Assembly: GCA_963827655.1 (NCBI GenBank)
Contig: CAWHCF010000049.1
Location: 418,682 to 482,681 of the forward strand
Origin: an uncultured Acidobacteriota bacterium
GTDB taxonomy: Bacteria; Acidobacteriota; UBA6911
DNA length: 64,000 nucleotides
Direction of reading: 5' to 3'
This document shows, in pieces, positions 21,360 to 30,706 of the stretch. A program made the translations under genes and the position numbers. Within the stretch, counting starts at the first letter, position 1, and each line of letters begins with the position of its first letter. Below the pieces are notes generated by a model. That model made no database searches, was not told the DNA's origin, and saw only the letters and a list, made by a program, of their open reading frames with translations.

Positions 21360-21460
21360 GGTTCTAATTCCTCCCGCTCGCCCGTTCGGGACGCGATTTG
21401 TTTCAAATGGCTCATCTGCGAAAGAGTGCTTTCAACGGCTGGGCCGCCGGGGATGCGATC

Positions 21461-21690
21461 TCATTGACCGCTCCTGGAAGCGCTCTCCGGACACGAATCG
21501 CCGGACTGCCTCCTGGAGCAACCGGGGGGAGCGCCGGTCCACGCGTTGCGGGTGGAACCCGCCAGATGCGCGTTAGCGTCAGGCTCCAGTTTTCTCCATC
21601 GACTGTCCGGCGGCAGCGGCTCGTGCCAAAAAACATCCAGCGCTGCGCCCGCCAGGTGTCCTGTGCTCAGAGCCAATAGCCTAGCACTGC
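21461..21690 (-). pseudogene. C-terminal remnant of D-2-hydroxyacid dehydrogenase
   Basis: GHLAGAALDVFWHEPLPPDS...HLAGST; N-terminal part missing. Confidence 0.7.
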
Positions 21691-21792
21691 ATACCGCTCG
21701 CTGGCTGAGGAATGTGCCAGCGGCAGTTTTCCTGAGCCGGAGCACCCCAGATTGGCGGGGTCTTATTGGATGTAACAAAAAACGCCTATTTG

Positions 21793-21835
21793 TTGACAAT
21801 TCCCTTGACACATGTCACAACCAGCCACTATGAAT
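21793..21835 (+). promoter_or_regulatory. Possible sigma70 promoter/operator upstream of TonB-dependent receptor
   Basis: TTGACA at 21793 and 21805; imperfect palindrome TGACA-CA-TGTCA overlapping the second; AT-rich tract follows. Confidence 0.4.
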
Positions 21836-22098
21836 GTTTTATATATTGTAAACCGCGAGGACGTAACCAGCATCGCATTGTAGAGTAATCCGGCCACGCG
21901 CCTTGAGACGGAGTGTAAGAGCGAAGGGCCTCTCAACGCGCCAAGCCAGCGAGACGGAAGGGTAGAGCAGTAAAAGGCGGTTGAGGTCCCGGGCTCGCCG
22001 ACTTAAACCGACGGAGACTTCTTATGAGGATCAGCACCCAATCAGATAGGGCGGTCGTGCGCCGTGGACTCGCGGCTCGAGACGTTGTCAACAGCTCG

Positions 22099-25000
22099 AT
22101 GAAATTCCTGTTTTGCCTGTTAGTTCTGGCGTGCATGGCTCCGCCAGTTACTCTGATGGCCCAGACCTCGGGCACGGGCGCCATCACCGGTACGGTCAAG
22201 GACGCGTCCGGCGGGATTATTCCAGGGGTGACGGTTCAACTGACCCAGGCCAGCACGGGAGATATGCGCGAGGCCACAACTGGAAGCAACGGCCTTTACA
22301 GCTTCCGGCTGCTTGCGCCCGACACCTATAGCGTCAAGTTCTCCCAGCCTGGTTTCAAAACCGTAATCCGGGACGGGATCACCGTGCGGGTGACGGAAAC
22401 CTCCGTTGTGGACTTCGCACTCGAAGTGGCGTCGCAAAGCGAAGTGGTCACGGTCACGGGGGACGCTCCGCTGCTTCAAACCGACAACCCGGCCCTTGGG
22501 CGGGTTGTCGACTCACGCCAGATCACCGAGCTGCCTCTGGCCTCGCGCAACTTCACGCAGCTGACCGCGCTGTCTTCCGGGGCGCAGATGGCGCTGCCGG
22601 ACAGCGCGGCCCTTGGAAAAGGCACACGCAACTCCTTTACCAATGGGGTCTTTCAACAGGGGAACAATTACATAATCAACGGCATAGACGCCAACGATCC
22701 GTATACCCATTCGGCTTCTTCGCTCCGCGGATCCGGAGTGGGCACTCCCTCCCCCGAGAGCATTCAGGAGTTCAAGGTGCAAACCGGACTCTACGATGCT
22801 TCATATGGGAGAAACGCCGGAGCGAGCGTGGCGATCGTGACCCGTTCGGGGGGCTCGACCTATCATGGAGGGGTTTACGAGTTCTTCCGGAACGAAGTGC
22901 TCAACTCCAATAACTTCTTCTTCAACAGCGTCGGCAAGTCCCGTCCAATCCTGCGCCAGAACCAGTTCGGAGGGACGTTCGGAGGACCGGTTCTCAAGAA
23001 CAAACTGTTTTTTTTCACCTCCTATGAGGGGAGTCGCCAACTCAACGGCGCCTCCGCTTCTTCCACGCGCCAGCTGGTGCTGCCACCTGTTCCGCAGAAC
23101 CGCAGCGCCGCAAGTCTAGGGGCCGTTTTCGGGGGCCAGACGGGACTCCGGGGAGGATTGGCCATCGCTCCCGACGGTTCGAACATCCACCCGGTGGCTC
23201 TTAATCTGCTGAACTACAAGCTTCCCAACGGCGAGTTCCTCCTTCCGAGTCCGCAGCGCTCCGGGCCCGGCGTCAACTACGTCCTCTCCATTCCCGATGT
23301 CTTCGACGGGGACCAGTTCAACGTCAACCTCGATTACGAGGTCAGCGGAAACAACCGGCTGGCATGGAAGTACTTCTTCGCCACATCGTCCCAGGATAAT
23401 GGGCTGACCGGCCAAAACAATGTTGCGGGGTTCCCTGCGACCACAGAGTTCGGAAATCAGAATATTGCGCTGGCCGATACCCATATCTTCGGGTCCGCCA
23501 GGGTCAATGAGGTGAGGATCGGGTATGCCCGGAACCGCCGCTTCAATACCGGTACTTATGCGCTTGAAGATGCGGACGTGGGAATCTTCCGCGCCAACCA
23601 GGCTCAGTATCCGGGATTCCCAGCCACGTTTATTCCGGACGGATATAACCTTGGAGGTCCGGGAAATGAGTCGCAGCAGATCGCGAACACCTATTCTCTG
23701 GTTGACGTCTTTTCATTTCGACTGGGGAACCACTCCCTTCGAGCCGGAGGCGAGACCAAGAGGATCCAAATCAACAATAACACCTTCCGAGGCACCCAGG
23801 GCGGTGTCATGCGCATCCAGTCATTCGCCGATTTTCTCCTGGGAAGGCGTTCAGGCCCGATCGCTGAAGGAGGGAACGGGACCACCTTCAGCAACATCAA
23901 CCAGGTCAACATTGCGGGTCCGGCCAGGTTCAATTACCGGATGACCCGCACCTGGGATCAGAGTCTCTTTCTGGCTGACGACTGGAAGGTGAATCCGAGG
24001 CTTACCTTGAATCTGGGGCTCCGCTGGGAGTTCCTGGGCGATGCCTGGGATTACAATGGTTATAGTCTCAACTTTGATCCCCGTTTGTATCGGGTGCCAC
24101 CGCCAGGCGGTTTCAGCTCAGCCGGGTGGGTGCTGCCGGAGAATTCGCCGTATGCCGCGTCTTTCCCGGACATCCCGCTGGTGGGGCGGACGTTCCTTGA
24201 CTCCACCGACTGGAACAACTTCGGGCCTCGTTTCGGCTTCGCCTATCGGGCGTGGAAGAACATCGTGATCCGGGGTGGATACGGAATCTACTACGATAAG
24301 AAGAGCTTCCTGCCCGTGATTGCAGAGAGCGGGCTGATTCAGGCTCCCCTCGGGCGCAATGGCGTGGACAATGCGGCATCGACTCTGGACAATCCCTTTC
24401 CTGTTCCGCCGACAGGGGATCAGCCCATCAATCTCACGATCATCCCCGGGCCTCCGTTCGCGGGCCCAACGCTATCGAGGGGCTTCCTGGATCCGCTCAG
24501 CCGAACCCCCTATTTTCAAAACTACACCCTGAATGTACAGTACGAATTCACCAAGGATCTCATGCTGGAAACCGCCTATGTCGGCTCCAAGGGGACGAAA
24601 CTGTACCTTTCGGTAACGAAGAACCAGGCAGATCTGGCGAGTCCCTCGAATCCGATCAACGGCCAGACGACCAACAGCCCCGCGAACGCGGTGCTGAGAG
24701 CTCAGTGGCTGGGCTTTTCCAACGTAACCTGGAGCAACGAGAACACGGGCATCTCCAATTACCACTCGCTGCAGACGAGTCTGACCAAACGGATGAGTGA
24801 CGGGCTGGGATTTCTTGCTTCTTACACGTTCTCGAGGAGTCTCGGCAATGTTTCCGGAGGAGACGCCTTCGGGGATTTCGCCGGGAGCTTCGGCAACCTG
24901 GCGCAGAATCAGCACGACGTCCGGGGCACCGGATACGGGCCGCTCAACTTCGATCGCACCCACCGGTTCGTGATGAGTGGCCTCTATGAGCTGCCGTTCT

Positions 25001-25548
25001 TCCGGGGAAGCACGTCCGCGCTCGAGAAGGCTTTCGGAGGCTGGCAGCTCTCCGGGATCTGGACCGTGCAATCGGGCACGCCCTTCAGCATCATCGACAC
25101 GACCTCGGGCACGCTTTACGGACTCAGCGGGAGGGCGAGCTTTGCGCCGGGCGCAACGGCAGAAGCCGCCACCCTGTCGGGTTCCACTCAATCCCGACTG
25201 AACGCCTACTTCAACACAGCGGCCTTCATTCGGGCTTCCTCGATTCCAGCCGGCGGGACAACTCCCGACGGTTTCCCGGTCTCGGCGGCGGGGACGGTCT
25301 TCGGCAACACCGGGGTGAACATTCTCCGGGGACCGGGCCAGGCCAACCTGGATCTCGGTATCTTTAAGAGGTTCAGCCTGGGAGAGGAACGAAGGCTCGA
25401 GTTCCGAGCCGAGTTCTTCAACGCGCTGAATCAGGTCAATTTCGATTTGCCCGGGTCCGCCGTCTCCACGCCGGCAACCTTCGGCGTCATCAGCGACACG
25501 ACGGCGGCTCCACGGGTGATTCAGTTTGCCTTGCGACTCATGTTCTGA
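22099..25548 (+). CDS. TonB-dependent receptor with carboxypeptidase regulatory-like N-domain
   Basis: ITGTVKDASGG, LPLASRNF, EFKVQT, YEFFRN, RQNQFGG, NNFGPRFGFAY, RVIQFALRLMF. Confidence 0.92.
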   Translation: MKFLFCLLVLACMAPPVTLMAQTSGTGAITGTVKDASGGIIPGVTVQLTQASTGDMREATTGSNGLYSFRLLAPDTYSVKFSQPGFKTVIRDGITVRVTETSVVDFALEVASQSEVVTVTGDAPLLQTDNPALGRVVDSRQITELPLASRNFTQLTALSSGAQMALPDSAALGKGTRNSFTNGVFQQGNNYIINGIDANDPYTHSASSLRGSGVGTPSPESIQEFKVQTGLYDASYGRNAGASVAIVTRSGGSTYHGGVYEFFRNEVLNSNNFFFNSVGKSRPILRQNQFGGTFGGPVLKNKLFFFTSYEGSRQLNGASASSTRQLVLPPVPQNRSAASLGAVFGGQTGLRGGLAIAPDGSNIHPVALNLLNYKLPNGEFLLPSPQRSGPGVNYVLSIPDVFDGDQFNVNLDYEVSGNNRLAWKYFFATSSQDNGLTGQNNVAGFPATTEFGNQNIALADTHIFGSARVNEVRIGYARNRRFNTGTYALEDADVGIFRANQAQYPGFPATFIPDGYNLGGPGNESQQIANTYSLVDVFSFRLGNHSLRAGGETKRIQINNNTFRGTQGGVMRIQSFADFLLGRRSGPIAEGGNGTTFSNINQVNIAGPARFNYRMTRTWDQSLFLADDWKVNPRLTLNLGLRWEFLGDAWDYNGYSLNFDPRLYRVPPPGGFSSAGWVLPENSPYAASFPDIPLVGRTFLDSTDWNNFGPRFGFAYRAWKNIVIRGGYGIYYDKKSFLPVIAESGLIQAPLGRNGVDNAASTLDNPFPVPPTGDQPINLTIIPGPPFAGPTLSRGFLDPLSRTPYFQNYTLNVQYEFTKDLMLETAYVGSKGTKLYLSVTKNQADLASPSNPINGQTTNSPANAVLRAQWLGFSNVTWSNENTGISNYHSLQTSLTKRMSDGLGFLASYTFSRSLGNVSGGDAFGDFAGSFGNLAQNQHDVRGTGYGPLNFDRTHRFVMSGLYELPFFRGSTSALEKAFGGWQLSGIWTVQSGTPFSIIDTTSGTLYGLSGRASFAPGATAEAATLSGSTQSRLNAYFNTAAFIRASSIPAGGTTPDGFPVSAAGTVFGNTGVNILRGPGQANLDLGIFKRFSLGEERRLEFRAEFFNALNQVNFDLPGSAVSTPATFGVISDTTAAPRVIQFALRLMF

Positions 25549-25795
25549 AGGGACTGATTTTCAAAAGCCCGAGACGAGTCAGGAGCAAGAAGTTGGTTGG
25601 CACTACTTGAAAAGGATAACATACGAGATGGGTAGGTTACGTCAAAAGAAGGATGAATCTCCTGGAGGAAGTGAGCCGCCTGCTGAATGCATATGCAAAA
25701 GCGATTCTGGCTTCTGCTTCTGACTCCTGGCTTCTATCCCGCTGCTTTTGGCGAAATATCAAGGGCGCAGCCCTTGCCTGGTTAGGAGAATACGC

Positions 25796-27076
25796 ATGTC
25801 GGAGATGTATGGGTATCCCGTGAGACTTCACATTGTCCGGTGGGTCGTCCTTGTCGCCTCTGCTCTCCATTTCGCTGTTGTCGCCGATGGAAGGCCAGGG
25901 CGCCCGGAGAACCAGACCTCGATTACGTCTCCGCAGCCAGCGCGCTCTTCCACTGGCAGGAAAGAGGTCGGCATTTGTGCCTCAGGGGCGCTGGAAGTCT
26001 ATGCCCGGAACGAGGCGGAGGGCTGGGCGAAGACGCGTTGCGCGCCGGCTCCGCCGAACGTCCCGAGCGACAAGAATGGCCTAGCCCTGAACTGGCGCGA
26101 CGCGGCCGTCAAGAAGGCCGACGGGCTGACCTATGTGGTTTTCCTGATCCCGGGGGAGGATGCCGGAGGTCAGATCCGATTCAACGACGCTCCCTCGTAT
26201 GGCGCGATCGTCGTCGGGCACGGCGGGGGAGGTGGCACGGCCTGGCCCTTGAAGGCGCGCGACGGCGGACGGGAAGACGACACCGACTGGCAGGACCTGC
26301 AGGACAAGCACGGCATGAGGGTGGTGGAAGTCGCGTGGCACGACGCCGGAATCAAGAATGGGGGACGCTTCACACGCAATTCGCCGGCCGGGCGCACGCT
26401 CGGCGACATGCTGGAGCGGCCCAACCTCCTCTTCGAGTGGATCTACGACAACTTGAACGTCGAAGGGAAGCCGTTTGGCCTGATCGGTTCCAGCGGTGGC
26501 GCGGATGCCGTGCTGGCGCCGCAGGTTCTGCAATCGAGGATCAAAGACAAGATTTCCTATCTCGCGCCGGTCTCCTATCCGCCTCCCTTCTACGATCCGG
26601 TCGTTGCGTGCAACGGTCCCACTCCGCCGGGAACTTTCGTGACGGCGGCCACGGCAGCGCTGGGCGAATCCGGTATCGGCGTCAAGGTGGGGTCGGGGAA
26701 AAATGTGGTGGATAGCATCCTGCGCACGCCCGGCCAGAACTGCGCCGCCCAGACCATGACGAAGGCGCTCGCCGGCGGGTCGAGCACCAAGGAAAGCCTG
26801 GATGCCATCCTGGCGCGAGGAGGGAGCGGGTACAAAGGGGCGCTGCACGTCCTCATCGGCACCGCAACCACTGAACTCCGCAACAGCGATGTCGGCAACG
26901 GAGTGGTCTGGTCCTCGGGCAACCTTTTCCATCACCCCTACTTCGCCGGTGCCAGACGGATCTGGTTCGAGAGCGCCACTGAGGGCCATGGCGAGCCGTT
27001 CTGGAATGCCAGCGGCGCGGGGTTTTCTCAGGTGCACCGCGAGCTGGTGCGCACGTTGCTGGACCCGCAGAAATGA
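25796..27076 (+). CDS. Hypothetical secreted protein, possible alpha/beta-hydrolase fold (start uncertain)
   Basis: Long ORF, hydrophobic N-terminal segment, GLIGSSGGA (GxSxG), late EGH. Confidence 0.5.
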   Translation: MSEMYGYPVRLHIVRWVVLVASALHFAVVADGRPGRPENQTSITSPQPARSSTGRKEVGICASGALEVYARNEAEGWAKTRCAPAPPNVPSDKNGLALNWRDAAVKKADGLTYVVFLIPGEDAGGQIRFNDAPSYGAIVVGHGGGGGTAWPLKARDGGREDDTDWQDLQDKHGMRVVEVAWHDAGIKNGGRFTRNSPAGRTLGDMLERPNLLFEWIYDNLNVEGKPFGLIGSSGGADAVLAPQVLQSRIKDKISYLAPVSYPPPFYDPVVACNGPTPPGTFVTAATAALGESGIGVKVGSGKNVVDSILRTPGQNCAAQTMTKALAGGSSTKESLDAILARGGSGYKGALHVLIGTATTELRNSDVGNGVVWSSGNLFHHPYFAGARRIWFESATEGHGEPFWNASGAGFSQVHRELVRTLLDPQK

Positions 27077-27154
27077 TCGCCCGCGCGTCGAGATGAGTTC
27101 CATTGGCTTTGAGTTTTGGAAAAAGCCGATGTCCCCAAAAACCGTGAAAACCCG

Positions 27155-27390
27155 TTGCTTCAGGCTGCCGGCTACCACGTGACCCGCGCGGCGATCGCTC
27201 GGCATGTTTGATGTCATCGCGATCAATGCCCAGGGCGTCAGGCTCATCCAGTAAAGACCAACCGCGATGCTTCGCCGCTCGAGCGCGAGGCCATCCAGCT
27301 CTTCAATGGGGCTGCCGGCGAATGCCACCAAGGAAGTCTGGATCTTCCGGGACTATGCGCGGGCGCCGATCGTCAAGGCGATCGGGGTAG
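27155..27390 (+). pseudogene. Degraded Hjc-like PD-(D/E)xK nuclease
   Basis: Across frameshifts: LQAAGYHVTRAA/SLGMFDVIAINAQGVRLIQ/KTNRDASPLEREAI. Confidence 0.5.
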
Positions 27391-27483
27391 ACCTCCGAAC
27401 TTTGGTTCAATCTGAACCGAAGTCCTTCAAAGTGGTCAAACGAAAGTTTGATATCCGTAATGCGTTAAGCTACACTTTTCAAA

Positions 27484-27774
27484 GTGAGGATACGCAATTT
27501 TGTTCACAAGGGACTCAGGCGGTTCTATCTCGAGGGTGACTCCAAGGGCCTACCGCCCGAGGCGGTGGATAAATTGCGAAAGATCCTTGGGTTTCTCCAG
27601 GACATGGAAGACCCGGGTGAGCTGCGTTCGTTGCCATCATGGAAAGCCCATCAGATGAGCGGCGATCGCAAGGGTACCTGGAGTCTTTCGGTCACACGTA
27701 ACTGGCGTCTGACCTTCCGGGTAGATGCTACAGAGAACGAAATCACGGATATGGATTATGAAGACTACCATTGA
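27484..27774 (+). CDS. higB: HigB (RelE-family) toxin
   Basis: IRNFVHKGLRRFY, WSLSVTRNWRLTF, DYEDYH. Confidence 0.92.
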   Translation: MRIRNFVHKGLRRFYLEGDSKGLPPEAVDKLRKILGFLQDMEDPGELRSLPSWKAHQMSGDRKGTWSLSVTRNWRLTFRVDATENEITDMDYEDYH

Positions 27775-28087
27775 CGAGAAAACCAATCCGCGCATGGCAA
27801 ACCCGCCACACCCGGGTGATTTCATCCGGACGGAGATTATCGAGGCACTCGAGCTGTCGGTGACGGCCGCGGCCAAGATCCTCAGGGTTTCGCGGCCGGC
27901 GCTATCGACTCTGCTTAACGGCAGAGCGAATCTGTCCGGTGAAATGGCGCTCCGAGTAGAGAAGGCCTTCGGCGTGAAGATGGATACGCTCATGCGCATG
28001 CAGTCATCCTATGACATCGCCCGCACGCGGCGCGGCGCGAAGGCCATCAAGATTCGCCCTTATCAGCCCGAACATATTAGCGCCTGA
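27758..28087 (+). CDS. higA: HigA antitoxin (XRE HTH)
   Basis: MANPPHPGDFI, VSRPALSTLLNG, LSGEMALRVEKAFG, RMQSSYD. Confidence 0.92.
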   Translation: MKTTIDEKTNPRMANPPHPGDFIRTEIIEALELSVTAAAKILRVSRPALSTLLNGRANLSGEMALRVEKAFGVKMDTLMRMQSSYDIARTRRGAKAIKIRPYQPEHISA

Positions 28088-28136
28088 TACTCGCTTTCCG
28101 CCAAACGCCGTTTGTCTAAAGTGTTGAAAACAAAGT

Positions 28137-28207
28137 GTGCCTGTAGCTCAGTTGGATAGAGCAATGGTTTCCTAAACGGATCCTCCAAAATCCAAGCCCT
28201 TGGAAAT
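28137..28207 (+). repeat. att-like copy A: 5' half of tRNA-Arg(CCT) plus truncated arm sequence
   Basis: GTGCCTGTAGCTCAGTTGGATAGAGCAATGGTTTCCTAAAC then GGATCCTCCAAAATCCAAGCCCTTGGAAAT; no T-arm. Confidence 0.88.
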
Positions 28208-28279
28208 GACGATGCGATCGTTCCTTCGCGTCTTGATCATCCGAATACATTAGAGTTCATGATGAGAGCACCTGCCGAT

Positions 28280-30541
28280 CTACGGTGCATTCCCCAACTG
28301 CCGGAGTATCCCCGTCGCCCGCTCGCGCGTTGCTGCGTCCGAGCTGGACGCAGCTTTTTGAAGGTGCGGAACTGCGCCCCTCGAGTCGCCGACGGCTGCC
28401 AACGCCGAGCCTAATCCGAGATGCGCACGCGCAGATTCAGGCTTGATCCGAATGGCTTCGCGATAGCGCGGAACGGCATCCCGCGCTTGTCCCTTCGCCA
28501 TCAGCAGATCTCCGAGGAGCTGGTGGGCATCCGCAAATTCGGGGTCGGCGCGCAACCCAGCCTCCAACTCGCGCTGCGCGTCGTCGTACCGGTTGGTCCG
28601 GCCGAGCAGCATTGCATAGTTGTACCGGGTGGCGGCATCACCGGGCCGGAGCCGTAGGGCGATTTCGAAATGCTCCCGTGCCTCACCCGAGTTACCTGCT
28701 CCCGAAAGAAGATTGGCCAGGTTGCCGTGCGCGTCCGCGTAATCAGGGCGAATCCGGATGGCTTCTCGAAAGGCCGACTCGGCGCGCACCTGAGCACCTC
28801 CCGCAAACCACATAATGCCCAGGTTGTTGTGGGCCTCGGGCAGATCCGGATCGCGCTCGAGAGCCTTTCCAATTGCGGTCACGGCATCCGTGCTTCTGCC
28901 CAGCGCCCGGTACGTCAGACCCAGTTCGTGCCATATCAAGGCGTCCCCGGGCGCAATTGAAGCAGCCCGCTCTAAGACTTCCGCCGCTTCCGGGTATTGC
29001 CCAGACCGCCGCAACGCGGTGCCGAGTTTCTGTAATCCAACTGTGAACTTCGAATTTCGGCGCACAGCCTCGCGGTACATCGGCAAAGCTTTGGCCAACT
29101 GCCCGTTACTTTGCAGCGCCTCGGCGAGTTCCAGATAAAATTCCGCCCGCTGTGGCGAATACTTGGCGATTGCCTTCGTGAGTTGCGCGATACCCTCCCT
29201 CAGATTGCTCCCCTGTTTCACCTGCGCGACGGCGAGATACAGCTCGTTTTCCGGTGTATGAGGCAGCTTTTCGGGATAGTACAAAACCACCGGACCACGA
29301 TATGCGTTGGCGCCCGTCTCCTGCCTTTCCGCCTTTTCTGCCAGGAGGTCTCCCGCGGGCTTTTGCCGCTGGATAAAGTGATCAGTTACGGCTACGTGGA
29401 CTACGTCCTCCGTGCGCCGTTTCGGCATGTGACAACCGGCGCAGCCGTTCGCGCGCGTGTGTTTCCCCGCCGCGACTTGCTGGTCGAAAGCCGGCCCGTG
29501 GCATTGACGGCAGACCGCGGTGTAATGCCGCTCTGCCGCTTCTCCCCGCGGAGCATCATGCGGATTGTGACAAGTGGTGCACAGCATCTTGCCATTGCTC
29601 TTCAGAAAACAGGCCGAGCGGCGCAAGCGATAAGCCGCGTTGACGATCTCGAACTTTTCTTCACGGCCGGTGCCTGGCGCGTGATCGAAATTCAGGATGT
29701 ACGCTTCCAAGGGCTCGCCCGGCCGGTATGTGAACGGGCCGCGATCATATCGCTGAATCGCGTTCGGCAATGGGAAGCTGGTGGTCCCCAGATGGCACGA
29801 CATGCAAATCTCCATCTGCCGCTCTGCGCTCAGCCGGGAAGGATTCACTATGGCGCTGCGGATGTCTTGCCGCTTGGCGCCTGCGGTCGCGGCCAACTGC
29901 ATGTGCCGGCTCCCCGGACCATGACACCGCTGGCAATCGATGCCTTCCGGCAGCGGACCCTCATAGACGGATTGCGCGAACGGCTGCTCATGCCCCGCGG
30001 GAATAGGTGGATACGCGTTGTGGCAGAACATGCAATCGTATGTGATGGGGCGGCGGAAACCGTCGTGATCCGGACGGTCGTAGCCCGGGTTCATCCCCCA
30101 GTAGCCGCCCTTCTCGGCATACCAGCCCAGCGGCAGCTGAATTAGAGTGTCAGCCGCTGTCCGGTGGAAATACGCACGCGCGTGATTTCCCGAACCCATA
30201 ATGTAGTCGATGCGCTTCTCCATCATGTTGACCTGTTTGCCACGAGAATCGATCTGGTACCGGCGCTGATAATGTTCGCCGCCACGCTGTAGCATCGTGA
30301 AGTAGCTGTCCGACGCTTGATGGTAGAACGTATTCTTGTCGCGGAAGTCTTCGATCATGTTCTCCGGCCAGGGGCGATAGAAAGATCTCCCCATGCCGGT
30401 CCGGCGGTAGGTCTCCCACACGTCCCGATGGCAGCCGGCGCAAACAGGAGCGTTCCCACTCTGGGCGCCTGCCACCCCCTGTACGGGCGCCGCTGCCAGC
30501 GGTGCCATCAGGAGCACTTTCAAAAGCCAATCCTGCCGCAT
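28280..30541 (-). CDS. Multiheme cytochrome c / TPR protein
   Basis: Seven CxxCH motifs (CAGCH, CMFCH, CQRCH, CMSCH, CTTCH, CRQCH, CAGCH) followed by TPR repeats. Confidence 0.88.
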   Translation of the reverse strand: MRQDWLLKVLLMAPLAAAPVQGVAGAQSGNAPVCAGCHRDVWETYRRTGMGRSFYRPWPENMIEDFRDKNTFYHQASDSYFTMLQRGGEHYQRRYQIDSRGKQVNMMEKRIDYIMGSGNHARAYFHRTAADTLIQLPLGWYAEKGGYWGMNPGYDRPDHDGFRRPITYDCMFCHNAYPPIPAGHEQPFAQSVYEGPLPEGIDCQRCHGPGSRHMQLAATAGAKRQDIRSAIVNPSRLSAERQMEICMSCHLGTTSFPLPNAIQRYDRGPFTYRPGEPLEAYILNFDHAPGTGREEKFEIVNAAYRLRRSACFLKSNGKMLCTTCHNPHDAPRGEAAERHYTAVCRQCHGPAFDQQVAAGKHTRANGCAGCHMPKRRTEDVVHVAVTDHFIQRQKPAGDLLAEKAERQETGANAYRGPVVLYYPEKLPHTPENELYLAVAQVKQGSNLREGIAQLTKAIAKYSPQRAEFYLELAEALQSNGQLAKALPMYREAVRRNSKFTVGLQKLGTALRRSGQYPEAAEVLERAASIAPGDALIWHELGLTYRALGRSTDAVTAIGKALERDPDLPEAHNNLGIMWFAGGAQVRAESAFREAIRIRPDYADAHGNLANLLSGAGNSGEAREHFEIALRLRPGDAATRYNYAMLLGRTNRYDDAQRELEAGLRADPEFADAHQLLGDLLMAKGQARDAVPRYREAIRIKPESARAHLGLGSALAAVGDSRGAVPHLQKAASSSDAATRERATGILRQLGNAP

Positions 30542-30551
30542 CGTGGCCCTC

Positions 30552-30581
30552 ATGTTAGCAAACTCGGCAATGTTAGCAAAC
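30552..30581. promoter_or_regulatory. 12-bp direct repeat in a divergent promoter region, possible operator
   Basis: ATGTTAGCAAAC at 30552 and 30570. Confidence 0.4.
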
Positions 30582-30706
30582 CCACGTGACAACAGTTCCG
30601 GCTTCTGCTAGTATGCCGAAAAATTCGAAGGGGTAACGGTAAAGACCTGATTCCAGCGGGATCAGGTAGTTTTTCAACGCGATCGCGCCCGGTCCAGGGG
30701 GTTTCC

